Below are positions 1 through 8,685 of a stretch of DNA of 64,000 bases, piece after piece. This stretch comes from an uncultured Gemmatimonadales bacterium. GTDB lineage: Bacteria > Gemmatimonadota > Gemmatimonadetes > Longimicrobiales > RSA9. The first letter of the stretch is position 1. Every line of letters begins with the position of its first letter. A program made the translations under genes and the position numbers. The notes under the pieces are model-generated. The model was not told the origin of the DNA. It did not search any database and saw only the letters and a list, made by a program, of their open reading frames with translations. The stretch is from assembly GCA_963816355.1 (NCBI GenBank), contig CAWFKH010000006.1:474035-538034 (forward strand), in the 5' to 3' direction.

Positions 1-735
1 CGCGCCATCGTGGGCTTCCGAGCGCCCGCGCAGCCGCGCCAGCAGCTCGGCCGTCTCCGGCGCCGGCTCCAGGTCGTACTCGTCCCGCAGGCGCGCCGCG
101 AACTCCTCGAAGACGGCGACCGCCGCCGATCGGTCGCCGTGCCGATCGAGCACGTGCATGAGGCGCTGGACCGAGGATTCGTCGAGCGGGTCCATCCGTG
201 ACGCACGGCGCGCCCACGCCACCGCGCCCGTGCCCTGGCCCGCGGCCTCGCAGCGCTCCGCCATCTCCCACGCCGCCCCGGCCGCGAGCTGGCCGATCTC
301 CGCGCGCTGCGCCGCCATCCACTGCTCGAAATCCGGCGAAACGTCATCCACGTGGAATCCGTCCAGGAACGGACCCCGGCTCAGTTCCACCGCTTCCGCC
401 GGCCGGCCTTCCGCGACCGCCTGCCGCAGCGCCACCGCGTCGCAGCGGACGTCGACCACGGCCACTTCGTCGTCGCCTCGCGTGACGATCGCGTCCGGCC
501 CGAGCTGGTTCCGCAGATAGTAGAGGGCCTGGCGCAGGGCGTGGCGCGCCCGCTCGCCGTCCAGCTCCGGCCAGAACAGCGCGAGCAGCGAGTCCCGCCG
601 CCGCGGGCCGATGTTCGCCGTGGCCGTGAGATAGACGAACAACGCCAGCCGCTTCTGTTGGCGCAGAAGTGAGCGAAGGGGGCGACCTGCGCCGTCCGCG
701 ACCTCGACGGCACCCAGCGTACGCAGGGTGTGCAT
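1..735 (-). CDS. SARP/AfsR-family transcriptional regulator (wHTH + BTAD), 3' end beyond the window edge
   Basis: Not in the ORF track because there is no stop in the window. Manual translation from ATG 735: MHTLRTLGAVEV...QKRLALFVYL...RRDSLLALFWPELDGERARHALRQALYYLR...GPFLDGF...FEQW...DPLDESSVQRLM...EPAPET, typical SARP/BTAD motifs. Confidence 0.85.
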   Translation of the reverse strand, partial: MHTLRTLGAVEVADGAGRPLRSLLRQQKRLALFVYLTATANIGPRRRDSLLALFWPELDGERARHALRQALYYLRNQLGPDAIVTRGDDEVAVVDVRCDAVALRQAVAEGRPAEAVELSRGPFLDGFHVDDVSPDFEQWMAAQRAEIGQLAAGAAWEMAERCEAAGQGTGAVAWARRASRMDPLDESSVQRLMHVLDRHGDRSAAVAVFEEFAARLRDEYDLEPAPETAELLARLRGRSEAHDGA

Positions 736-865
736 GATCCCACCGGAAGGTTACCGCTCCATCGCGTCACCCCGGGGAAGGCGACGCGGCTGGAGCGGAT
801 GTTTCCAATCTGCCGACTGTTGCAGAGATGCGTCAAGGGTGGTGACGACCCTCGCCGCGTCTGGG

Positions 866-893
866 GTGACGGTCGGTAGACGGCGAAATGACG
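866..893 (+). promoter_or_regulatory. Three nnGACG direct repeats at 11-bp period (possible SARP-type operator)
   Basis: GTGACG 866, TAGACG 877, ATGACG 888, in the divergent intergenic region between the BTAD regulator and the S8 protease. Confidence 0.4.
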
Positions 894-1238
894 CGGCGCC
901 GCTGCCGAACGCCGGCGACGCTCCGGTTTGGCTGCCGCCGGAGCGGCGAATCGTTTCCGGCCCGCGCAATATTGTCCCGCCGCCGACGGCCCGGCACGCC
1001 GGCGACGCTTCCGGCCCCCGCGCGGTTGGAGCGTCGCAACTCCAACGCACGCAGGAGCTTCGCCTCGGCCGTCCGGGAGGTCGGCCGCATTCCTGGGGTG
1101 GCGGCACGCGTTCTGAACACACGCGCACGACAGCATCGGCGCGCGGGCGGTAGTTCCCCGTGCGCCCCGAGAGCGCTGGCGACCGCCCCTGCACGCGGAT
1201 CGCCGCGCTCTCTTTCATTGAGGGCCCCCGAGGAACCG

Positions 1239-3167
1239 ATGATGCGACGTCTGATGAACCGCCATGTCTGGTGGATCGGTCTGCTTCTGGTCGGGGCGTG
1301 CCAGGACGCGAATACGCCCACCGCCGCGGTGGACTCCGAGGCCACGCTCGATCTGCCGCCGCAATCGTCCGCGGGTTCCGCCCCCGGCTCCATCGTGGTG
1401 CTGTCTCCCAGGGCCAATGCGCGCGTCGTGGCGCGCGACCACGGCATCACGCCCCGCTATACCTATTCGTTCGCTTTGCGGGGATTTGCGGGCAGGATCT
1501 CCGAAGCGGCGCGAGCGGGTCTGCTGAAGGACGGGCGGGTGGTCTCGATCGAGAAGGACCGGGTGTTCGCGGCCCAGGGAACGGAGCCGGCTCCGAGCTG
1601 GGGTCTGGACCGCATCGATCAGCGGAGGAAGACGGACGGCCTCTACACCTACGCAGCCACCGGCAGGGGCGTCTCCGCGTACATCGTCGACACCGGCATC
1701 CGCTACACCCATCACGATTTCGGCGGGCGGGCGTCGTTCGGCTTCGATGCGTACGGCGCGGACGGGTCGGATTGTCACGGTCACGGCACCCACGTCGCGG
1801 GCATCGTGGGGGGCTCGAAGTATGGGGTGGCGAAGGATGTCGACCTCGTCTCCGTACGCGTGCTCGACTGCGCCGGATCGGGCACGACGAGCGCGGTTCT
1901 GGCGGGCCTCGACTGGGTGCTCGCGAATGCGCGCCGACCCGCGGTGGTGAACATGTCGATGAGCGGCGACCCGGATGCGCTGATCGACGGCGCGATCCGC
2001 AGACTCCACGACGGCGGGGTAAGCGTGGTCGTCGCGGCCGGAAACAACGGCGCCGACGCGTGCGCCTATTCGCCCGGTCGCGCGCCGGAGGCGTTGACGA
2101 TCGCCGCGACCACATGGAACGACAGCCGCCCGATGTACTCGAACTACGGCGACTGCGTCGACTGGTTCGCTCCGGGAAACACGATCACTTCCGACGCGAT
2201 CGCCACCGACACGTCGACCGCGGTGCGGAGCGGCACCTCGATGGCGGCGCCTCACACCACCGGCGCGGTGGCGTTGTATCTCGAGCGCGCTCCGGCCGCT
2301 TCCGCCGAGCAGGTGAGGACGGCGCTGGCTTCGTGGACGACGAAACGGATCGTCGGTCTCGCCAACACGGCCAACGACGATCTGCTCTACACCCTCGGCA
2401 ATGCGACGATGGTCGGCGGCAACGCGCCGCCGACGGCTGGCTTCGGCGTCGCCTGCACTGCGCTCGACTGCGCTTTCCAGGACTCGAGCAGCGACGCGGA
2501 TGGCAGCGTCGTGGGCTGGACGTGGGATTTCGGCGACGGCTCGACGTCGGTCGAACGGAGCCCCGCGCACACCTACGCGGCGAGTGGCGACTACGTCGCT
2601 TCGCTCGTGGTGGTCGACGATGCCGGCGCCGCCGACTCGGCGACGCAGACCGTCTCCGTCGCGGCCTCATCGCCGGCCAACGCACCCCCGACCGCAGCGT
2701 TCGACTTCGCCTGCACACGGCTCTCCTGTGATTTCGTCGACGCGAGCGCCGACCCGGATGGAAGCGTGATGCGGCTCGAGTGGAATTTCGGCGACGGACA
2801 GCCCGCCGTGGTCGCGGCGAGCGCGCAACAGACGCATACGTTCACCGCGGGAGCGGCGTATTCCGTGACTCTGACGGTGACCGACGACGACGGCGCCTCC
2901 GGGACCCTGGTCCGAAGCGTGCCGGCAGGCGTCGTGCTCTCGCTGAACGGTGGCAAGCAGAAGGGGCGGCACGTGGTGGATCTCTCGTGGGTCGGCGTCG
3001 CGAGCTCGACCGTGGACGTGTATCTCGGCGACGCGAAGCTCGCCACGGTCAGCGCGGCGGGTGGCTACACCTACAGTGAAGGCGGGCGGGGACAGGGGAC
3101 CTACGCCTTCCGTGTCTGCGAGGCGGGTACCGGTTACTGCTCGCGGACGGAGACGATCGCGTTCTGA
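1239..3167 (+). CDS. S8 subtilisin-like (aqualysin/proteinase K type) serine protease lipoprotein with two PKD domains
   Basis: Catalytic motifs DTG, HGTHVAG, GTSMA; lipobox LVGAC; PKD signatures WDFGDG and WNFGDG; GAGGA RBS before ATG 1239. Confidence 0.92.
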   Translation: MMRRLMNRHVWWIGLLLVGACQDANTPTAAVDSEATLDLPPQSSAGSAPGSIVVLSPRANARVVARDHGITPRYTYSFALRGFAGRISEAARAGLLKDGRVVSIEKDRVFAAQGTEPAPSWGLDRIDQRRKTDGLYTYAATGRGVSAYIVDTGIRYTHHDFGGRASFGFDAYGADGSDCHGHGTHVAGIVGGSKYGVAKDVDLVSVRVLDCAGSGTTSAVLAGLDWVLANARRPAVVNMSMSGDPDALIDGAIRRLHDGGVSVVVAAGNNGADACAYSPGRAPEALTIAATTWNDSRPMYSNYGDCVDWFAPGNTITSDAIATDTSTAVRSGTSMAAPHTTGAVALYLERAPAASAEQVRTALASWTTKRIVGLANTANDDLLYTLGNATMVGGNAPPTAGFGVACTALDCAFQDSSSDADGSVVGWTWDFGDGSTSVERSPAHTYAASGDYVASLVVVDDAGAADSATQTVSVAASSPANAPPTAAFDFACTRLSCDFVDASADPDGSVMRLEWNFGDGQPAVVAASAQQTHTFTAGAAYSVTLTVTDDDGASGTLVRSVPAGVVLSLNGGKQKGRHVVDLSWVGVASSTVDVYLGDAKLATVSAAGGYTYSEGGRGQGTYAFRVCEAGTGYCSRTETIAF

Positions 3168-3220
3168 GACGCTCGATGCGGTAGGGTCATGAGACGCTTC
3201 GGTGCCGCGACGGCCGGCAC

Positions 3221-3248
3221 GAAGGGGCGGCCGGCCGGCCGCCCCTTC
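3221..3248. terminator. Palindromic hairpin between convergent genes (probable bidirectional terminator)
   Basis: GAAGGGGCGGCCGGCCGGCCGCCCCTTC is a perfect inverted repeat; no strong U tract. Confidence 0.55.
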
Positions 3249-3272
3249 ACTTCTCGCGCACCGACGGCCGCG

Positions 3273-4394
3273 TCAGGCGCCGCCGCGTCGAGCCAGGTCG
3301 TCGTGGATCGCCTTCGCGACCACGTCGTACGCCACGGCGCCGGCCGGTAGCGGGATGCCGTTCACGAAGATCGACGGCGTCCCGTTGACACCCACCCGCG
3401 ATGCCTCCTGCACGTCCGCCTGGATCTGCTCCACGTAGCGCCCGGCGTCCAGGCACTCGTCGAACTTCTTCTGGTTCAGCCCCAGCCTCGCCGCCTTCTC
3501 CTTCAGATCCGCGACGGCCAGCTTGTCCTGCTCCTGGAACATCAGGTCGTGCATCTCCCAGAACTTCCCCTGCTCCTTCGCGCACAGAGACGCTTCGGCC
3601 GCCTTCTGCGCGTTCGGGTGCAGGTTCGGCAGCGGCAGTTGCCGGTACACGATACGCACGGTGTCGCCGAAATTCTGCTCGATCTGCTTGAGCGTCGGGA
3701 AGAAGCGGCCGCAGAACGGGCACTGGAAGTCCGAGAACTCCACCAGCGTGACCGGAGCGTCCGCCGGCCCCATTGCGGCCGCGCCTTCGTTGTTGAACTG
3801 CAGGCGGTACGGCTGCAGGTTGATCGTCACCTTCCGCTGGTCGTTCAGGCGCCGCTGCAGCTTCTCCATCGCGTCCTCCTGCCGCTGCTTGCGCAGGTAG
3901 TCGACGATCTGCGGCCGCAACTGCTCCAGACTCCTCCCGCCGAGGCGCGACTGGTTCGCCTGATACCACGCGCTCACCTCTACGTCGCTCGGGTCCAGCG
4001 TCCCGCCCGCCTCCGCGAGCACCAGCTCGTCCACGCTCTTGCCCTGCTTCTGCGCCTCCGCCATGAGCACTTTGTCCCGCAGGATCTCGTCGAGCGCCGT
4101 CTCGATCAGCTTGTGGCGCGCCCGCTGATAGTTCGTGTCCAGGCCGTCGAGATCCTTGCCGGCGCGGGCGCGGACGTCCTCCATCGTGATCTTCTGGTCT
4201 CCGATCGTGGCCAGCACGGCCGGCACATCGCCCTCGGACGCCGGTGCCGCCTGGGCCGGCGCGGACTGTGCCGCCGAGCTCTCCGGGCTCGAGCAGCCGA
4301 ACAGCGTAGCGCCCACCAGGAGGCATCCGAAGACCGCTCCACCGCGCACGAGCGCACTCGCTGCGCCGGTTCCTGCACGCGTACCAGACTTCAT
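3273..4394 (-). CDS. DsbA-family thioredoxin-fold lipoprotein with N-terminal SurA-like helical domain
   Basis: VEFSDFQCPFC active site, GVNGTP cis-Pro loop, lipobox LFGC. Confidence 0.88.
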   Translation of the reverse strand: MKSGTRAGTGAASALVRGGAVFGCLLVGATLFGCSSPESSAAQSAPAQAAPASEGDVPAVLATIGDQKITMEDVRARAGKDLDGLDTNYQRARHKLIETALDEILRDKVLMAEAQKQGKSVDELVLAEAGGTLDPSDVEVSAWYQANQSRLGGRSLEQLRPQIVDYLRKQRQEDAMEKLQRRLNDQRKVTINLQPYRLQFNNEGAAAMGPADAPVTLVEFSDFQCPFCGRFFPTLKQIEQNFGDTVRIVYRQLPLPNLHPNAQKAAEASLCAKEQGKFWEMHDLMFQEQDKLAVADLKEKAARLGLNQKKFDECLDAGRYVEQIQADVQEASRVGVNGTPSIFVNGIPLPAGAVAYDVVAKAIHDDLARRGGA

Positions 4395-4568
4395 CTCACA
4401 TCTCCCTGCGTTGAAGCGGGCGCGGATCCGGCGATCCAGCGAGGCCGGAGCCGCCCGGCATGTGCGTGTACTTCATTGCGAGCAAACGCGGTGGGGAACC
4501 CGTTCAATCTAAGGTCGCACCACCGCGGCGCGGAAGGAATCCCCTTCCGTGCGGCACTCCCGGCAAAA

Positions 4569-4597
4569 CGGAGGGCCCGGCCGCGGCCGGGCCCTCC
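4569..4597 (-). terminator. Rho-independent terminator of the large repeat lipoprotein gene
   Basis: GGAGGGCCCGGCCGCGGCCGGGCCCTCC hairpin followed on the minus strand by GTTTT. Confidence 0.65.
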
Positions 4598-4624
4598 TTC
4601 CTGCCTGCGATTCCTCCTTCAATC

Positions 4625-7600
4625 TCAGTTGCAGCCGGACAGTGTATTGTTGTTGTAGGAGTCCAGCAAAGACGCGAGCGTGTTCGCTGCGCTGTAGTCC
4701 GACGCGTGCGCCTTGTCCTTGTTGGTGAGGCAGGCGCCGCTGCCATCGAAGTGGTACTGGTCCAGCAGCTTCTGCGCATCCGTGATCGCCTGCGTCACCT
4801 GCGCGCACTGACCGGCGCCGGCCGAATAGTTCAACTGCGCGGCCAGCAACTGTGCGGCCAGGTTGTAGCAGGCGTCGCTCGCCTGCTTCTTCCCGGTGTT
4901 GATGTCGCTCTTGCCCAGGATGCTCACGCCCACCTCGCAGCTGCTGACGGTGAAGTCGTTGGACGAGAGGGCGTCGAAGCCGGTCGCGATCGTCTGCGGC
5001 AGGTTGCCGTCGAGCGTCTTGTCCAGCATGCCGCGCTCGAGCGCCTTCGTGTACTGGTTGCCACCCGTGCAGCTCGACCAGTTCTTCCAGTACCCGATGG
5101 TCCGGGCGTCCCCGCCAGGAGGCGGCGTGTTCGTCCACGCGACCGTCGTCACGTCCCCGTAGCCGAGGGTGACCGTCACGCAGCGATTGCCCAGGTCCTC
5201 CGGCGAATCCGGGTTGGCCAGCGTGGCCGCGTTGCCGTCCACGGTCGCGCTCGCCGCCCAGGATACGGCGAGGGTCAGCTCACAGACCGTGTAGTTGCCG
5301 GGCGCCAGCGTCATGCCACTGTCGTTCGAGCCGCCATTGGTCAGCGAGAAGTTGCTGATGCCCGTGCGGCTGAAGTCGAACGACTGCGTGCCGCCGCCCA
5401 CGACCGTCTTGGTGACGATCAGCTGGGCCTTTCGCTGGTTGGTGAACGTGCACGTGACGTCCTCGCCCGCGGCGAGTCCGATGTTGACCTGGTTGTCGCC
5501 CGCCTGGAACGCCGCGTCGGCGTTTCCGCCGACGAAGGCGATCGTCGAGCTGGTGGCCCCGGTGCACGAGATGTTGGTCAGCGCCCAGTTGGCGTTGACC
5601 GTCTCGCTGGCGCTACGGCTTCCCGGCAGCAGACCCGTGAACGCCTGGGAGTTGCTGAGCGTGCCATCGGCGTCATCATCCAGGCTGAAGCTGGCCGGCG
5701 TCATGCCCGTGCCGGTCGCGCTGAACGCGAAGTCCTGCGCATCCGTCTCGGGGTTCTTGTCGTCCTTCACGATCGTGATCGAGCCCTGCTTCGTGTTCAC
5801 GAACGTGCAGGTCGGCGTGTTGCCCGCGCCGACGCTCACCTTCACGGTATTGTCACCCGCGTCGAATCCCGGGCTCGTGCCCTGAACGAACGACGCGCCC
5901 TGGCCGGTGCCGATGAGAATCGTGGCGCCGCTGGCCGTGCAGGTGATGTTGGTCAACGTCCAGCCCGCCAGCGCCGTCTCGGTCACGTACTTGTCGCCGA
6001 GCTGGATGCCGGTGAACGGGAACGCGGATTCGCTGGTCGGATTCCCCTGCGTCGTCGTATTGCGCGAGAACGCCGACAGCCCGGTTCCACTCACCGTGTA
6101 GCCGAACGCCGCCGTGCCGCCCAGGGTGCTCTTCTGAATGGCGAGCGACGCATTCTTGGTATTCTCGAACGTGCAGGTCGGCGTGTCGCCGGAAGCGACC
6201 GTCACCTTGACCGTGTTGTCGCCCTGATCGTAGCCGGCGGACGTGCCCTGAGCGAACGAAGCGCCCTGGCCGGTGCCGATGAGAATCGTGGCGCCGTTGG
6301 CCGTGCAGGTGATGTTGGTCAGCGTCCAGCCCGACAGCGCCGTCTCGCTCACGAACTTCTCACCCTGCTGCGTCCCGTCGAACTGGAACGCCGACTCGGT
6401 CGTCGGATTGCCCTGCGAATCCGTGTTGCGGCTGAACGCGGACAGGCCGCTGCCGGTCACCGTGTAGCCGAACGTCGCCGTTCCCCCGAGCGTGTGCTTC
6501 TGAATCGCGAGCGAGGAGAACTTCGAGTTCTTGAACGTACACGTCGGGCTCGAGCCGGGCGCGAGGGTGACCTTGACCGTGTTGTCGCCCGCGTCGAAAC
6601 CGGCCGACGTGCCCTGAGCGAAGGAAGCCCCCTGACCGGTGCCGATCGCGATCGTCGCGCCGTTCGCGGTGCATGCGATGTCGGTGAGCGTCCAGCCCGT
6701 CAGCGACGTTTCCGTCACGTACTTGGCGTCGGCCAGCTGCGTGCCGCTGAAGTCGACCGCCGCTTCCGTCGTGGGGTTCCCCTGCGTCGCCGTATTGCGC
6801 GAGAACGGCGACAGCCCCGTGCCGCTCACCGTGTAGCCGAACGTAGCCGTGCCGCCGATCGTCTGCTTCTGGATCGCCAGCGAGGCCGTCGCCGTGTTCG
6901 TGAAGGTGCAGGTCACGTCCTCACCCGCAGTGAGGCTGACGGAGACGCCGTTCGTAATGTTGGTGAACGCCTTCGCGGTGGCGGTGCCGGTGAGGACACA
7001 GGCCCGCGAGCTGAGCGTGTATCCCGTCACCAGCGTTTCTGCCGCCGTGTACGTGCCGGCGGAGAGAGGGTCGGAGTCCTTCGTCTCGCCGTTCTTCAGC
7101 GCGAAGCTCGTGCCGCCGTTCCAGTTGCCGGGCGTGAAGGTGAACGAGGTGTTGGCCGCATCCGGACTCGGGATGGTGACCTTCTTGATGTGCAGCACGC
7201 CCTTGACGTCGATCGGCAGCGTGAGGGCGTTGCACTTGCACTTCGAGCCCTCCGGCGGCGTCGTGCCCTGACGGAAACCGGCCGGGCCCCCCGGCGGGTC
7301 GATCGGGCAGACGACGTCGTTGCCGCCACTCGTGCTGTTCGACCAGCCCGCGCACGCCTGGATCGTCACCGTCGTCTCGCCGTTGCTGGGGCAGACGAGG
7401 TCCAGCTCATCGAGCGGAACGTTGATCGTCGTCGTCGTCGCGTTGACGTCGCCGCACAGGTCGCCGTCCAGGTTTACGGCGCCGTTCTGGAGGGGGATCA
7501 GGTTGTACTGCTTGCACGACGCGCCGGTGTTCGCGTCTCCGGACAGGCTCGGATCGAGAACCCACAGACCGAGATCAAAGCGCTCCTTGGCGCTGTTCTG

Positions 7601-8002
7601 GATCACGGCCGTGACCTGGGCGAAGATGTGCTGCCCGGGCACGCACGCGATCCGGTCGCCCGCGCTGAGGGGCGTCGTCGGCGTACAGTGCGTGCCGGTC
7701 TGGTCGCTCAGGCAGTAGTGCGTGATGTCGGCCTGGCCGATGTCCACGTCGTTCGCCACGCACTGCAGCTTGTCCTGCTTGTATCCTGCGTCGACCGCGT
7801 CGTCGAACATGCACTGGCCTTCGCCGTTGCTCGACACCGACTGGTCGAAGAGCGGGATCGCGGCCGGAGGCGCGACCGCGACAGGCGCGGTCGAGTTGTC
7901 GCTACAGGCGAACACCGCCGCCGTGGCGGCCACCGCCAGGCCGACGCCTGCGGTGCGCCACAGCCAGCGCGTTCGCGTGGTGTTACCGGGGAAATGCAAC
8001 AT
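4625..8002 (-). CDS. Large Cys-rich surface lipoprotein with tandem SpaA/CnaB-like (prealbumin-fold) domains; probable adhesin
   Basis: Lipobox VFAC; Thr/Gly-rich beta repeats (LxIxK...YxVxE...TCTFxN); C-terminal RTIGYWKNW...LAAQLLAAQLN domain. Confidence 0.75.
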   Translation of the reverse strand: MLHFPGNTTRTRWLWRTAGVGLAVAATAAVFACSDNSTAPVAVAPPAAIPLFDQSVSSNGEGQCMFDDAVDAGYKQDKLQCVANDVDIGQADITHYCLSDQTGTHCTPTTPLSAGDRIACVPGQHIFAQVTAVIQNSAKERFDLGLWVLDPSLSGDANTGASCKQYNLIPLQNGAVNLDGDLCGDVNATTTTINVPLDELDLVCPSNGETTVTIQACAGWSNSTSGGNDVVCPIDPPGGPAGFRQGTTPPEGSKCKCNALTLPIDVKGVLHIKKVTIPSPDAANTSFTFTPGNWNGGTSFALKNGETKDSDPLSAGTYTAAETLVTGYTLSSRACVLTGTATAKAFTNITNGVSVSLTAGEDVTCTFTNTATASLAIQKQTIGGTATFGYTVSGTGLSPFSRNTATQGNPTTEAAVDFSGTQLADAKYVTETSLTGWTLTDIACTANGATIAIGTGQGASFAQGTSAGFDAGDNTVKVTLAPGSSPTCTFKNSKFSSLAIQKHTLGGTATFGYTVTGSGLSAFSRNTDSQGNPTTESAFQFDGTQQGEKFVSETALSGWTLTNITCTANGATILIGTGQGASFAQGTSAGYDQGDNTVKVTVASGDTPTCTFENTKNASLAIQKSTLGGTAAFGYTVSGTGLSAFSRNTTTQGNPTSESAFPFTGIQLGDKYVTETALAGWTLTNITCTASGATILIGTGQGASFVQGTSPGFDAGDNTVKVSVGAGNTPTCTFVNTKQGSITIVKDDKNPETDAQDFAFSATGTGMTPASFSLDDDADGTLSNSQAFTGLLPGSRSASETVNANWALTNISCTGATSSTIAFVGGNADAAFQAGDNQVNIGLAAGEDVTCTFTNQRKAQLIVTKTVVGGGTQSFDFSRTGISNFSLTNGGSNDSGMTLAPGNYTVCELTLAVSWAASATVDGNAATLANPDSPEDLGNRCVTVTLGYGDVTTVAWTNTPPPGGDARTIGYWKNWSSCTGGNQYTKALERGMLDKTLDGNLPQTIATGFDALSSNDFTVSSCEVGVSILGKSDINTGKKQASDACYNLAAQLLAAQLNYSAGAGQCAQVTQAITDAQKLLDQYHFDGSGACLTNKDKAHASDYSAANTLASLLDSYNNNTLSGCN
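5786..6886 (-). repeat. Three tandem 366-369 bp intragenic repeats (122-123 aa domains)
   Basis: Units start at 6886, 6517 and 6151 (xSLAIQKxTxGGTA...PTCTFxN) and are visibly similar at DNA level. Confidence 0.9.
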
Positions 8003-8057
8003 CGATGCTCTCCAGGCTACCGGGGTTTCCGTGGACGCGCTCGTGCGCCCGCGGGTC

Positions 8058-8138
8058 CTCCCTCGGCAGCCGGGCGATCTCGACGAGATCCCGGGCTTTG
8101 CGGACCGGCCTCACGGCCGGGGTGCCTTTTTCGGGGAG
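8058..8138 (-). promoter_or_regulatory. Cyclic di-GMP-I (GEMM-I) riboswitch
   Basis: Minus-strand RNA CUCCCCG AAAAA GGC ACC CCGGCC GUGA GGCCGG UC CGC AAA GC CCGGGAUCUC GUC GAGAUC GCCCGG CUGC CG A GGGAG. It shows P1, a GNRA-capped P2, the CGCAAAGC junction, P3 with a CUC/GAG receptor, and UGCCGA. It lies 55 nt upstream of the 8002 start codon. Confidence 0.8.
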
Positions 8139-8302
8139 CGGGGATGACAGCGCCGAACCGGTCGGAGTGGCAGGGGATCCTTCCGACCTCGTCGGCGACT
8201 CAGTTGGATGGCGGCATGGCGCTACCCTCCGGGATCTGAAACCGGCCGTTCGCCCGCCCCGGCCCCGGCCCGGGCACCGTGCAGGCGCTCTCAACGGGAG
8301 CA

Positions 8303-8345
8303 ACCATACAGGCGCCTCGTCACCCCGCCGTCTCCCGGCCGTCAC
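8303..8345 (-). promoter_or_regulatory. Putative activator-dependent promoter: three GWGACG repeats at 11-bp period, then -10 TATGGT
   Basis: Minus strand GTGACG (8345-8340), GAGACG (8334-8329), GTGACG (8323-8318), then 9 nt, then TATGGT (8308-8303); no canonical -35. Confidence 0.55.
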
Positions 8346-8685
8346 GGCCGCCCCCTCGTCGCGACGAGGGCCGGCCGCGACCGGTCTCCTACGGAAACGG
8401 GGGAGTGCGCGGAATGTCGGGGCCGTGCAACGCTCCGAGGCCGACGATCACATCGGCCCCGGTCGCGCGGCGGCAGCGAGGCTCTTGCGGGTCGACCCTG
8501 GAATTGAGGAGGGAGTTGTTGCGGGTGCGCAACATCGTTGCGCGCGGGCCGCACGCCCCGACGAACGGCCGCGGGCCGCGCTCAGGCGGTGCGGATCGGA
8601 ACGGAGAGATGCGAAGCCGCCGGCGGGGCGGCCGCCGGCGGCAGGATCGCGATGAGGCCGGGGCGCGCGCCGAGGCCGGAGCGGC

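Noticed and set aside
381..1136. 251-aa minus-strand ORF from the track
   Set aside because: Wrong frame; the real gene here is the BTAD regulator starting at 735 in another minus-strand frame.
1020..1238. Riboswitch in the subtilase leader
   Set aside because: GC-rich hairpins are present, but I found no recognisable aptamer consensus.
4460..8239. 1259-aa plus-strand ORF (likewise 13149-16091, 17338-19968, 42760-46755, 49692-52649, 53937-55907)
   Set aside because: Antisense shadow ORFs of well-supported genes; Arg/Ala-rich, no motifs, expected at this GC content.
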